A stretch of 64,000 nt of DNA. Source: a virus. Positions 20,464-29,353 of the stretch are shown one piece after another. The notes beneath the pieces were generated by a model, which ran no database searches, was not told the origin of the DNA, and saw only the letters and a program-made list of their open reading frames with translations. A program made the translations under genes and the position numbers. The stretch's first letter is position 1, and each line of letters begins with the position of its first letter. The stretch is taken from the IMG/VR virus record IMGVR_UViG_3300021365_000003; one strand, written 5' to 3'.

Positions 20464-22035
20464 GTGCTTAATAAAGAGCAGGTAATAAAAGAGATTGTTA
20501 GGTGCGGCAAAGATCCCAATTACTTTATTGAGAACTATGTTCGCATCTCTCACCCCGAACAAGGCCCTATACCATTTAGGACCTACCCCTTCCAGAAAGA
20601 CCTTCTTCAGGATTATAACGCTTACCGCTTCAACATAATCTTAAAAGGACGTCAGCTTGGCATCTCAACAATAACCGCAGCATACTCTGCGTGGCTTATT
20701 CTCTTCCACAGGGAAAAGAACATTCTTGTTGTTGCGACCAAACTCTCAACAGCCGGCAACCTGGTTAAGAAAGTTAAGTTCATGATAAAGAACTTACCAC
20801 CTTGGTTGCAAATAGCTGATATATCAATAGACAACAGAAACTCATTTGAGTTAACAAACGGCTCACAGATAAAGGCTTCTTCAACGTCAGGAGATGCCGG
20901 CCGTTCAGAAGCACTATCACTCCTAGTGGTAGATGAGGCTGCTCACGTTGATGGCTTGGACGATCTTTGGAAAGGTTTGTATCCAACACTATCAACCGGC
21001 GGTCGTTGTATTGCCTTGTCAACACCAAACGGGATTGGTAACTGGTTTTACCGTATGTATTCCGACGCTGATGCTGGTCTAAACGATTTCCATCCAACTA
21101 GCTTGCCTTGGCACCTTCACCCTGATCGTGATGAAGAATGGTTTAAAAAAGAAACAAGAAACATGACCAAAAAGGAGATAGCACAGGAGCTAGAATGTTC
21201 CTTCCTATCTTCAGGTGAGACTGTTATTGATGCCGAATACTTAGAATGGGTATTTGAGCAAGCCCAAGAACCCCTATACAGAGACGGCTTTGATAGAAAC
21301 CTTTGGATTTGGCAAGAATACGATCCCGCATCAAAATACTTTATGGCTGTTGACGTTGCTAGGGGTGACGGTGAAGACTATTCTGCTTTTCACGTTTGGA
21401 ACATTACCACAAATGAAATAGTTGCGGAATACCAAGGAAAAGTCGCCATAGATATGTACGCCAACATGGTACATCAGGCCGCAACAAGATACGGCACGTG
21501 TTTGGTTGTTGTAGAAAGTAATAATATTGGGTTTATGCTTATTGACAAGTTGAAAGATCTAAGGTATAATAACTTATACTATTCTAAGGGAGATGAGTTT
21601 ATTGATCCTTTAATAGCAGAAAACATTACCGGCGCAACACCCGGCTTTACCACTTCTTCTAAGACAAGGCCATTAATCATCGCCAAAATGGAAGAAATGA
21701 TTCGCAACCAACTAGTTATAACAAGGTCTAAAAGATTATTTGGAGAATTTAAAACTTTCATCTGGAAAAATGGCCGACCTCAAGCAATGAGATCAAAGCA
21801 CGATGACTTGGTAATGTCTTTTGCGATCGCTTGCTGGATTAGAGACGCCGTATACGAAGAAAGCGCTTATGACCGAGAAAAATCAGAAAAAATGATGAAC
21901 GCATTCTTTACAGATAAAAGAGAACTAAATACAACTATCCCTGGAATGATTGGCCACTTACCAGTTATGAAATCAGGACAGGCAAGCGAAGCAAAAAAAC
22001 AACAGCAACAATATTCTTGGCTATACAAGGGCTAA
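20464..22035 (+). CDS. terL: Terminase large subunit (T4 gp17-like)
   Basis: YPFQ Q-motif, KGRQLGIST Walker A, VVDEAAH Walker B, STPNG, QELEC, VDVARG and HDDLVM nuclease motifs; GTG start. Confidence 0.95.
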   Translation: MLNKEQVIKEIVRCGKDPNYFIENYVRISHPEQGPIPFRTYPFQKDLLQDYNAYRFNIILKGRQLGISTITAAYSAWLILFHREKNILVVATKLSTAGNLVKKVKFMIKNLPPWLQIADISIDNRNSFELTNGSQIKASSTSGDAGRSEALSLLVVDEAAHVDGLDDLWKGLYPTLSTGGRCIALSTPNGIGNWFYRMYSDADAGLNDFHPTSLPWHLHPDRDEEWFKKETRNMTKKEIAQELECSFLSSGETVIDAEYLEWVFEQAQEPLYRDGFDRNLWIWQEYDPASKYFMAVDVARGDGEDYSAFHVWNITTNEIVAEYQGKVAIDMYANMVHQAATRYGTCLVVVESNNIGFMLIDKLKDLRYNNLYYSKGDEFIDPLIAENITGATPGFTTSSKTRPLIIAKMEEMIRNQLVITRSKRLFGEFKTFIWKNGRPQAMRSKHDDLVMSFAIACWIRDAVYEESAYDREKSEKMMNAFFTDKRELNTTIPGMIGHLPVMKSGQASEAKKQQQQYSWLYKG

Positions 22036-22038
22036 AAA

Positions 22039-24000
22039 ATGGCATATAAAAAAACAATCATACCTAAAAGAAGTTCAGAGAACACAAGAAACCCGGACAA
22101 CCCGCTTTACAAGGCGCTTACACGGCTTTTCTCAGGCCCAATCGTCAACTATCGACACGAGCAGGCAAGAAAATACCGCCGAAAGGAACTTGATAAGTTT
22201 AATTGGACCTCCGCATCAGGAAAAGAGTTCAAAAAAGCCGATTACGAGAAGAACTACTCGTTTTACGGCGACTTTATGCTCAATCAGAACCGGAACGATC
22301 GATATATTGACTTCGATCAGATGGAGTACATGCCAGAACTAAACTCTGCGCTTGATATTTATGCCGATGAGATGACTACCTCAACAGACATTCGTAAAAT
22401 GCTTACGATTGACTGTCCAAACCAAGAAATCAAGACGGCATTACAGATCTTGTTTTACGATGTTCTCAATGTAGACCTCAACCTTTACGGATGGGCAAGA
22501 ACTCTTTGTAAGTATGGAGACTTTTTCCTTTATTTGGACGTTGATGAAAAACTAGGCATCCAAAATGTTGTTTCTATGCCCCTCAGCGAACTAGAAAGGC
22601 TAGAAGGACAAGATGAAAACAACCCAAACTATCTACAGTTTCAGTGGAACTCCGGTGGCTTGACTTTTGAGGACTGGCAGATAGCTCACTTCCGTATTTT
22701 AGGAAATAATAAGTACAACCCCTATGGAACCTCTGTTCTTGAGGGGTCTCGCCGTATCTGGAGGCAACTAACGCTCGTAGAAGACGCAATGATGTCCTAT
22801 CGTATCGTAAGAGCGCCCGAACGCCGAGTGTTTTATGTTGATGTTGGCGCTGTAGCCCCACAGGACGTAAGCACATACATGCAAGAGGTTATGACTACCC
22901 TCAAACGAAACCAAATCGTTGATGCAGACAGCGGAAGAGCAGATCTTCGCTATAACCCAATGTCTGTAGAGGAAGATTATTACATTCCAGTTCGAGGCGG
23001 CCAACAAGGGACAAAGATCGAGACATTAGCAGGAGGTCAGTTCACTTCACAAATCGAAGACGTGAAATACCTTCGTGAAAAGCTATTTTCCGCCATCAAG
23101 ATCCCACAAGCTTATCTAGTCGCCGGTGAGAACGCAGAAGACCGAACATCTCTCTCACAGAAAGACATTCGTTTCGCCAGAACCATCCAACGCCTCCAAA
23201 AGGCCTTGATTTCCGAGCTTACAAAGATTGGAATGGTTCACCTTTATACTTTAGGCTTTAGAAAGTCTGATCTTACAGGTTTCAACCTCAAACTCAATAA
23301 CCCGTCTAGGATTGCCGAACTTCAGGATCTAGAGACAATGAAAACACAGTTTGAGGTTGCCTCATCCGCAACTGAAGGCTTTTTCTCTAAGAGGTACATT
23401 GCCGAGCACATTTTCAACATCTCACAAGAAGAATTCCTTCGCAACCAGCGTGAAATGTACTTTGACCGAAAGTTCGCTTCTGACCTTGACGCTGCAGCAG
23501 CCTCCGATGAGGAAGAAACCTCACTTGGCGGCGGCGACATAGGCGCTTTTGGAGCGGACTCCGAAACACCTGATTTAGGTGGAGAGGAAACACCGGATAT
23601 TGACGCTGCTGAACCAGAAGAGGACATTCTAAAAGTCGCACCGGGCAAAAGGGACGATAAACCTTACATAACCAAAGATGAGGCCGGGCGCTTGGTTACA
23701 ACAACTCCAAAGTCAAAAGGCAAAATGTACAAGCCTAAGAAAGATGGAAGAATCAAGAAGAACCGAATGGCAATGAAATCAACGGCTGTTCCAGAGTTCG
23801 CAACAGGTAACACAAGAAGATCAAAACTAGGTCTTCCAAAACCCTCGGACCTTTTTGAGAATATAGAACCAACCTTAGAGGGGATGGTTGAGAAAAAAGA
23901 AACTAGTTATACAGTAGAGAACGATTTTGAGGAACATTCCAAAGAAATCGACAATCTTTTAGAATCACTGGAGAGAAAAGATGATGACCAAGTACAATAA
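22039..24000 (+). CDS. Portal protein (T4 gp20-like)
   Basis: EDAMMSYRIVRAPERRVFYVDVG, EEDYYIPVRGG, IETLAGG, IEDVKYLREKLF. Confidence 0.95.
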   Translation: MAYKKTIIPKRSSENTRNPDNPLYKALTRLFSGPIVNYRHEQARKYRRKELDKFNWTSASGKEFKKADYEKNYSFYGDFMLNQNRNDRYIDFDQMEYMPELNSALDIYADEMTTSTDIRKMLTIDCPNQEIKTALQILFYDVLNVDLNLYGWARTLCKYGDFFLYLDVDEKLGIQNVVSMPLSELERLEGQDENNPNYLQFQWNSGGLTFEDWQIAHFRILGNNKYNPYGTSVLEGSRRIWRQLTLVEDAMMSYRIVRAPERRVFYVDVGAVAPQDVSTYMQEVMTTLKRNQIVDADSGRADLRYNPMSVEEDYYIPVRGGQQGTKIETLAGGQFTSQIEDVKYLREKLFSAIKIPQAYLVAGENAEDRTSLSQKDIRFARTIQRLQKALISELTKIGMVHLYTLGFRKSDLTGFNLKLNNPSRIAELQDLETMKTQFEVASSATEGFFSKRYIAEHIFNISQEEFLRNQREMYFDRKFASDLDAAAASDEEETSLGGGDIGAFGADSETPDLGGEETPDIDAAEPEEDILKVAPGKRDDKPYITKDEAGRLVTTTPKSKGKMYKPKKDGRIKKNRMAMKSTAVPEFATGNTRRSKLGLPKPSDLFENIEPTLEGMVEKKETSYTVENDFEEHSKEIDNLLESLERKDDDQVQ

Positions 24001-24805
24001 GAAAAGAAATACCGCTTTTCTTTATGAAGCATTAGTTAGAGAGCTTACAAAAGCGGCTCTTGTAGATGATAAAGAAAAAGCAGCCAAGATAACCAAGATC
24101 GTAAAAGAACACTTCAAGAAAGACACCTTGCTCTATAAAGAGCTTTATCTTTACCGAACGCTCTTAGAGACAAAAGACATGTCCGAGCCTCACTTGGCCG
24201 ACCGTCTAATCCAAGAAAGTAAGTTTTCGTATGCGATGGCCGATCGAAAGCAAACATTCAACGCACAAACAAAGCTTATTGACGCTATAAACAAGCAACT
24301 AGGCACAAGCGTATACAACAACTTTGTTCCAAATTATAGAGATCTAGGCACTATACACAGTATTCTACAAGGTGTGGATAATACCAAAAGCCGTGTTTTA
24401 GTGGAAGACAACCTAGTCAAGAAACTTTGTGGTCAAGAAGCACTCAATGAAAAGAAAGAATATAAGCCAATAGACACATTAGTTTATCGTGAGTTTGTTA
24501 AGAACTTTAATGATGAATACGGCACAATGCTTTCAGAAGGTCAAAAGAAAATAGTTTCTCAGTTCATTACCTCATTTGCTGATGATGGAGTTGAGTTCAA
24601 AATGTTTATTACAGAAAAGCTTAATGAACTAAAATATGCCCTAGAAAGTTTTGAAGCAAAAAACCCAGTTATCTCAGAAGGCATACAAGACATTACAAAG
24701 AAGTTTAATAACTTTGAGAACTTAGAGCTAAATGAAGAGCTTCTTTTGGATACTCTCAAGCTTCAATCCCTAGTAGAGGAGATCAACTATGGCGATTCAA
24801 ATTAA
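23981..24805 (+). CDS. Hypothetical head-module protein
   Basis: 274-aa helical ORF coupled to the portal gene. Confidence 0.6.
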   Translation: MMTKYNKKRNTAFLYEALVRELTKAALVDDKEKAAKITKIVKEHFKKDTLLYKELYLYRTLLETKDMSEPHLADRLIQESKFSYAMADRKQTFNAQTKLIDAINKQLGTSVYNNFVPNYRDLGTIHSILQGVDNTKSRVLVEDNLVKKLCGQEALNEKKEYKPIDTLVYREFVKNFNDEYGTMLSEGQKKIVSQFITSFADDGVEFKMFITEKLNELKYALESFEAKNPVISEGIQDITKKFNNFENLELNEELLLDTLKLQSLVEEINYGDSN

Positions 24806-25325
24806 AGTAAGCGACTCCTCAACACCGGACACTCCTCCCGATCGGACCATCAAGCTAAAAGCGAAGAAAGCGCTCAACGGCGACATCTTGGTCAACGATC
24901 ATCCAGAGCTTCACGTAATCGTCTCACGTAAAGACGCTAAAATAACAACTTTTCCAAAAACGGAAATGGGGGATCATACTTATCATTCACAGGATGATCT
25001 TTTCTCCTATCTTGCAGACTATGGCGTTATCGCACACGGCTCAATGCAGGGCGGTATTATGATGGGGTCTATGGAGGCTGCTATAATGAAGCCGGCGGAA
25101 GGCTCTAAGATTGATTTTGTAGAAGTTACCCTATCAAGACTTTATGACTATTTCCAAATGGAAGAGCCAAGCTTTGCAATGAACGATAAGTTTGAAGACA
25201 ACGAGCAAGAGCGTCTTACAGATCCAGAGGTTTATACAGATCTAGGGAACGTTCCGCAAGCAGAGAAGAAAGGATCAATCGATCCTCGGTTTGCTCGCAG
25301 GTATTACATTACTTACCACTTCTAA
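24789..25325 (+). CDS. Hypothetical protein
   Basis: GAGGAG RBS; operon position. Confidence 0.6.
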   Translation: MAIQIKVSDSSTPDTPPDRTIKLKAKKALNGDILVNDHPELHVIVSRKDAKITTFPKTEMGDHTYHSQDDLFSYLADYGVIAHGSMQGGIMMGSMEAAIMKPAEGSKIDFVEVTLSRLYDYFQMEEPSFAMNDKFEDNEQERLTDPEVYTDLGNVPQAEKKGSIDPRFARRYYITYHF

Positions 25326-25594
25326 TGCCGCTGCTGCTTTTTATTCTGGCTAGTTATGGATTGACACAGATCTTGGTCTATGGATCAATCTTTAATAGTA
25401 TCAGGCCAAAGCACCACTTTTTCCACTGCCCTATGTGCGTTGGTTTTTGGGCTGGCTTGCTTATTTACTGTATTCTAAACACACCCGAACTCTCATACAG
25501 CTTTGCTTATGGGTGTCTTTCATCAGGCACCTCTTATGCTCTTTGCCAAATTTTCGGTGATGAAGGAATAAATTTTAGAACTAATAAAACTTAA
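25325..25594 (+). CDS. Small membrane protein with CxxC (DUF1360-like)
   Basis: Hydrophobic helices around HCPMCVGFW. Confidence 0.55.
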   Translation: MPLLLFILASYGLTQILVYGSIFNSIRPKHHFFHCPMCVGFWAGLLIYCILNTPELSYSFAYGCLSSGTSYALCQIFGDEGINFRTNKT

Positions 25595-25595
25595 C

Positions 25596-25605
25596 ACTAT
25601 TTATA
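25596..25605 (+). promoter_or_regulatory. Putative late promoter motif ACTATTTATA
   Basis: Repeated intergenic motif. Confidence 0.7.
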
Positions 25606-25634
25606 AGGCAAGAAACATTTTAAAGGAGAATTAA

Positions 25635-25862
25635 ATGAAAACCACAAAAACAAAGCTTGTAGAGATTATCAAAGAAGAGCTTTCCGCTGCGATGAACGAG
25701 CGTCGCATGACGCCCGAAGGACTTCTTGCTACAATAAAAGATAAGTTAGAATACCTAAATCAAGAAGTCCTTATCGTTGGCGCCGGCGAAAACGAGCTTA
25801 ACGAAGCCGCCGAAGCCATTGGTGAACTAGTTGAAATGATTAATACTCTTCTTTTTACTTAA
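25635..25862 (+). CDS. Small putative internal head protein with LVEIIKEE leader
   Basis: AAGGAG RBS; MKTTKTKLVEIIKEE. Confidence 0.6.
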   Translation: MKTTKTKLVEIIKEELSAAMNERRMTPEGLLATIKDKLEYLNQEVLIVGAGENELNEAAEAIGELVEMINTLLFT

Positions 25863-25882
25863 GAAATTTTTGAGTTTTTAAG

Positions 25883-25892
25883 ACTATTTATA
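25883..25892 (+). promoter_or_regulatory. Putative late promoter motif ACTATTTATA
   Basis: Repeated intergenic motif. Confidence 0.7.
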
Positions 25893-25909
25893 AAAGAATG
25901 GAGATTATT

Positions 25910-25969
25910 ATGCCTTGGACACAAAAATGGGCTCTACAGCCGGTTCGTCGCTGCTGCAAAGGGTCTTGA
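25910..25969 (+). CDS. 19-aa micro-ORF MPWTQKWALQPVRRCCKGS
   Basis: Own late motif and GGAG RBS 6 nt before the ATG; below the ORF-track cutoff. Confidence 0.5.
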   Translation: MPWTQKWALQPVRRCCKGS

Positions 25970-26003
25970 ACCGAGCGGGTGACGCCCGCCAAAGGAAATT
26001 TAG

Positions 26004-26627
26004 ATGCGTAAACAATTATTGAGAGAGTTTTATGAGCTTTGTGATGGTGGGGTCTGTCAAGACTTTCTAACAGAAGGCGAAAAGATTAGAATCAACGAAG
26101 GCGCCACTATTCTTACCGGTGTTTTACAAAAATACGGAGAAAAGAACGGCAATGGTCGTGTGTATCCGGAAAGAACACTACGAAGAGAAGTTGATAATTA
26201 TAAAAAAGTAGTGGCTGAAAGACGATCGGTTGGCGAACTTGACCATCCGGACGATTCAGTTGTTAATCTTAAGAACGTTTCACACCTAGTAACAGACATT
26301 TGGATGGACGGCAATAAGGTAATGGGTAAGTTAGAAGTTCTTCCAACGCCCTCCGGAGACATACTCAAGGGTTTGGTCAATGCCGGTGTTAAAATCGGCA
26401 TCTCATCAAGAGGTTTAGGCTCAGTTCGTGAATCACGTGAAGGAACAATGGTAAATGAAGATTTCCAGCTTATTTGTTTTGACGTAGTTCAGGAGCCATC
26501 AACATCAGGTGCTTTTGTTGGCCCCACAAGAACTTCTTATATGAACGAGGACCTTACAAGAACCGCTTTGGACAACACCAGAGAACAAATAATACTTTCG
26601 AAAATTTACGACCTAGTAGGACTATAA
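26004..26627 (+). CDS. Prohead core protease (T4 gp21-like)
   Basis: KNGNGRVYP, GELDHP, NVSH, GISSRGLGS, FDVVQEPST. Confidence 0.95.
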   Translation: MRKQLLREFYELCDGGVCQDFLTEGEKIRINEGATILTGVLQKYGEKNGNGRVYPERTLRREVDNYKKVVAERRSVGELDHPDDSVVNLKNVSHLVTDIWMDGNKVMGKLEVLPTPSGDILKGLVNAGVKIGISSRGLGSVRESREGTMVNEDFQLICFDVVQEPSTSGAFVGPTRTSYMNEDLTRTALDNTREQIILSKIYDLVGL

Positions 26628-27019
26628 TGAATAAAGATGAACTCGCAAAGATCTTGAAGCCTCTTATTAAAGAGTGTGTAAAAGAAGTGATTATGGAAGA
26701 GCCAGGAGTTCTTGCTCACATAATCAAAGAATCAGTCCAAGGCGTCTCTGTCTCGACTATAACTGAGAGCAGAGATGAAGAACCTATTCGTAAGTTTATG
26801 AAAAAAGCACAAAAAGCCAAGCCAAAGAAAAACATCAACGAAACCAGGAAACGACTCTTGGACTCAATTGGCGGCGCAGGCAACTTTGGCGGCGTGAACA
26901 TTTTTGAAGGAACGGAGCCGTTAGCAGCCGCACCTTCCTCGCAACAAGAAAAATTCGGTGCTCTAAGGGACTCAGATCCTAATGACTCCGGTGTAGATTT
27001 ATCAGCTTTCGGACTATAG
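26627..27019 (+). CDS. Hypothetical head-module protein
   Basis: TAATG coupling; LIKECVKEVIMEE leader. Confidence 0.6.
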   Translation: MNKDELAKILKPLIKECVKEVIMEEPGVLAHIIKESVQGVSVSTITESRDEEPIRKFMKKAQKAKPKKNINETRKRLLDSIGGAGNFGGVNIFEGTEPLAAAPSSQQEKFGALRDSDPNDSGVDLSAFGL

Positions 27020-27026
27020 GAGACCA

Positions 27027-27353
27027 ATGAGAAAGTACAACAAGTCAAGTAAAGGAAATTTCGAAGAATACGATCGAAAACTTGACAAGAAAAGAAAGAA
27101 GTATGGAAAGAAAATCAATGCCCTAGACGGAATTGAGCCATACCAAGTGGAAGTAAGGAACGGAGATGTCATGAAGGCATACAGAGTCCTAGAAAGGATG
27201 CTAAAGAAAGATCGTGTCCTTGAGAACCACAGAGAAAGACAGTATTACAGAAAACCTTCGGAAATTCGCAGCGAAGAAAAGCGAAGAAAGAAGAGAAAAC
27301 AAGAAAAAGAAAAAGTAAGAAGGCAGCTTGAAGAAGCGCAAGATAATTCTTAA
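27027..27353 (+). CDS. rpsU: Phage-encoded ribosomal protein bS21 homolog
   Basis: VEVRNGDVMKAYRVLERMLKKDRVLENHRERQYYRKPSEIRSEEKRRKKRK fits the bS21 pattern (YeKPS..basic helix). Confidence 0.8.
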   Translation: MRKYNKSSKGNFEEYDRKLDKKRKKYGKKINALDGIEPYQVEVRNGDVMKAYRVLERMLKKDRVLENHRERQYYRKPSEIRSEEKRRKKRKQEKEKVRRQLEEAQDNS

Positions 27354-27369
27354 CTTTAGGAGATAATTA

Positions 27370-27759
27370 ATGAGCGTTTTTCAATACAAAACAGGCCTAG
27401 GAAATTCTTCGGCATACCAAGTAAGTGCAATACCTTTTATTATAAGTCAGAATATAACAGCAGGGACTATAACTCAAATTACTTTTCCGCAAGTTACAAA
27501 ATTTATAAAAATTGTTAACAACCATGGCAGTAGAACTTTGGATGTAGGCTTTTCATCCTTGGGTATAAGCGCTAGTAGCAATTATTTTACAATTGCTGCA
27601 AACAGTGAATCTGTCATATATTATTGGAGAGTTTCAAGTGTCTTTATAAAGGCTAGCGGCGGCGCTACCTCTGTGCCCATAGAAATTCACGCTGGACTAA
27701 CAACAGTTTCAGATCTAGAACTAACCAATAACTGGTCTGGATCGGTAGGAGTAGGATAA
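27370..27759 (+). CDS. Small virion protein (head decoration-like), paralog A
   Basis: Beta-rich; same termini as 27761..28165. Confidence 0.55.
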   Translation: MSVFQYKTGLGNSSAYQVSAIPFIISQNITAGTITQITFPQVTKFIKIVNNHGSRTLDVGFSSLGISASSNYFTIAANSESVIYYWRVSSVFIKASGGATSVPIEIHAGLTTVSDLELTNNWSGSVGVG

Positions 27760-27760
27760 G

Positions 27761-28165
27761 ATGAGTGTTTTTCAGTATAGAAGTGGGTTAGGAAACTCTG
27801 CTTCTTATCAAGTAAGCTCAATACCTTACTTGTTAAAGGGCAACCAAATTACCAACAATACTATAGTTGAAATAGCTTTCCCAAATGTAACTAACTTTAT
27901 AGAAATTTTTACAGCGGCCGGTTCTGCAGATTTAAGAATAGGGTTTTCATCTCTAGGGATTAGAAAAAGCCCTTCCCCGGCCGGCACTAACTATATTCTA
28001 CATTCAGCTGGGACAAGTGAAATTTACGATTGGCGTGTAACATCTTTGTTCCTACAGAGAAACGGATCGTCTGGAACCGTGGATTATGAGATTCGTGCTG
28101 GCCTAACAACAATCGCCGGAAGCGATCTAAGCAACAACTGGTCAGGTTCTGCCGGCGTAGGATAA
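27761..28165 (+). CDS. Small virion protein (head decoration-like), paralog B
   Basis: MSVFQY.GLGNS..YQVS start and NNWSGS.GVG end shared with paralog A. Confidence 0.55.
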   Translation: MSVFQYRSGLGNSASYQVSSIPYLLKGNQITNNTIVEIAFPNVTNFIEIFTAAGSADLRIGFSSLGIRKSPSPAGTNYILHSAGTSEIYDWRVTSLFLQRNGSSGTVDYEIRAGLTTIAGSDLSNNWSGSAGVG

Positions 28166-28216
28166 GGCTGATATAACCTAATTTTAGGAAAAACCAGTAT
28201 TTTTAAAAAAAGACGC

Positions 28217-28226
28217 ACTATTTATA
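28217..28226 (+). promoter_or_regulatory. Putative late promoter motif ACTATTTATA
   Basis: Upstream of the scaffold-capsid genes. Confidence 0.7.
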
Positions 28227-28258
28227 AGTGGTATTATATTTTATTAAGGAGTTAGTTA

Positions 28259-29332
28259 ATGTCAATGCTTGAACAAGCCATCGTAGATGCAAAAGACCTT
28301 CGTGAGGTTGCAAAAGCAAACGCCGAAGCAGAGGTTCTTGAGAAATATTCATCACAAATCAAAGAAGCTGTCGACCGCCTTTTAGAGCAGGACGACGAAG
28401 AAGAAATGGAAGCAGGAGATCTTGGAGCCGAAGCGGAAGCTGAAGTTCTAGACCTTGATGGTGACGAAGAGACAAGCGAGATCGAAGACGATCTACCAAT
28501 GTCTTATGAAGCCAAGCCGGCCGACGAAAAAGAAGAAGCCGAGCAAATGATTGACGACGTTTCTGACTCAATCGAACAAGCCCAAAACGTTCTTGACCAA
28601 CTCGCCGTAAAAGTAGCGAAAATGGGCGAGGAAGATGGCGACGAAGAAATGGTCACAATCGACCTAGACAAACTTGAGGACTCCGGAGTAGAAATAGAAG
28701 ACGGTGTTGGCGAGCCAGATGCTATAGCCGAAGAGATCGACATTTCCGAAGACGATCTTCTTGGCCTCATGGAAAAACTTACCGTTGATACTTCAGCACA
28801 AAAAGGTGGCTGGGCAGGACGTCCCGACAAGCAAATATTCTTTGAGCAGGAGCTTGAGCTAGCCCGAATGCACTCAACTGATCTTGAAGAAGACAACGCC
28901 ACATTTAAGAAGGCTGTCTTGGAACTCACCGAGAACAAGAACAGTTTAGAAAAAGAAATAAAAGAAAAAAACAATGTAATAAAGAATACAGCAGTATTGG
29001 TTGAGAGCTTACAGAATAAGCTTTCAGAGTCTCATCTCGTAAACACAAAACTGTTTTATACAAACAAAGCCCTGATAGATAACTCCTTGAATGAGCGGCA
29101 AAAAAGTAAAATTGTCGAAACAATCAACCGGGCCGACACGACCGATAAGGTCAAAGCTGTGTTTGAAACTCTATGTGAAACGGTTTCGTCTGAACCTGCA
29201 AAGAATGCTGGCCCAGAAAACTTGACTGAAGCGCTAAAGGTTAGAACACTTGTGGCTCGCTCCGCAAAAAAACAAACAATAAGCGAGTCAAGCGACGTTC
29301 TTCGTATGAAGAGACTAGCAGGCATACTTTAA
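28259..29332 (+). CDS. Prohead core/scaffold protein (gp22-like)
   Basis: Highly acidic and coiled-coil; directly upstream of the capsid gene; C-terminal RMKRLAGIL. Confidence 0.75.
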   Translation: MSMLEQAIVDAKDLREVAKANAEAEVLEKYSSQIKEAVDRLLEQDDEEEMEAGDLGAEAEAEVLDLDGDEETSEIEDDLPMSYEAKPADEKEEAEQMIDDVSDSIEQAQNVLDQLAVKVAKMGEEDGDEEMVTIDLDKLEDSGVEIEDGVGEPDAIAEEIDISEDDLLGLMEKLTVDTSAQKGGWAGRPDKQIFFEQELELARMHSTDLEEDNATFKKAVLELTENKNSLEKEIKEKNNVIKNTAVLVESLQNKLSESHLVNTKLFYTNKALIDNSLNERQKSKIVETINRADTTDKVKAVFETLCETVSSEPAKNAGPENLTEALKVRTLVARSAKKQTISESSDVLRMKRLAGIL

Positions 29333-29353
29333 TAAAAAAGGAGAAATTTTAAA

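Noticed and set aside
24373-24381. Isolated DnaA-box match TGTGGATAA (another at 58405)
   Set aside because: Inside coding sequence and lacking the rest of the element; compatible with chance
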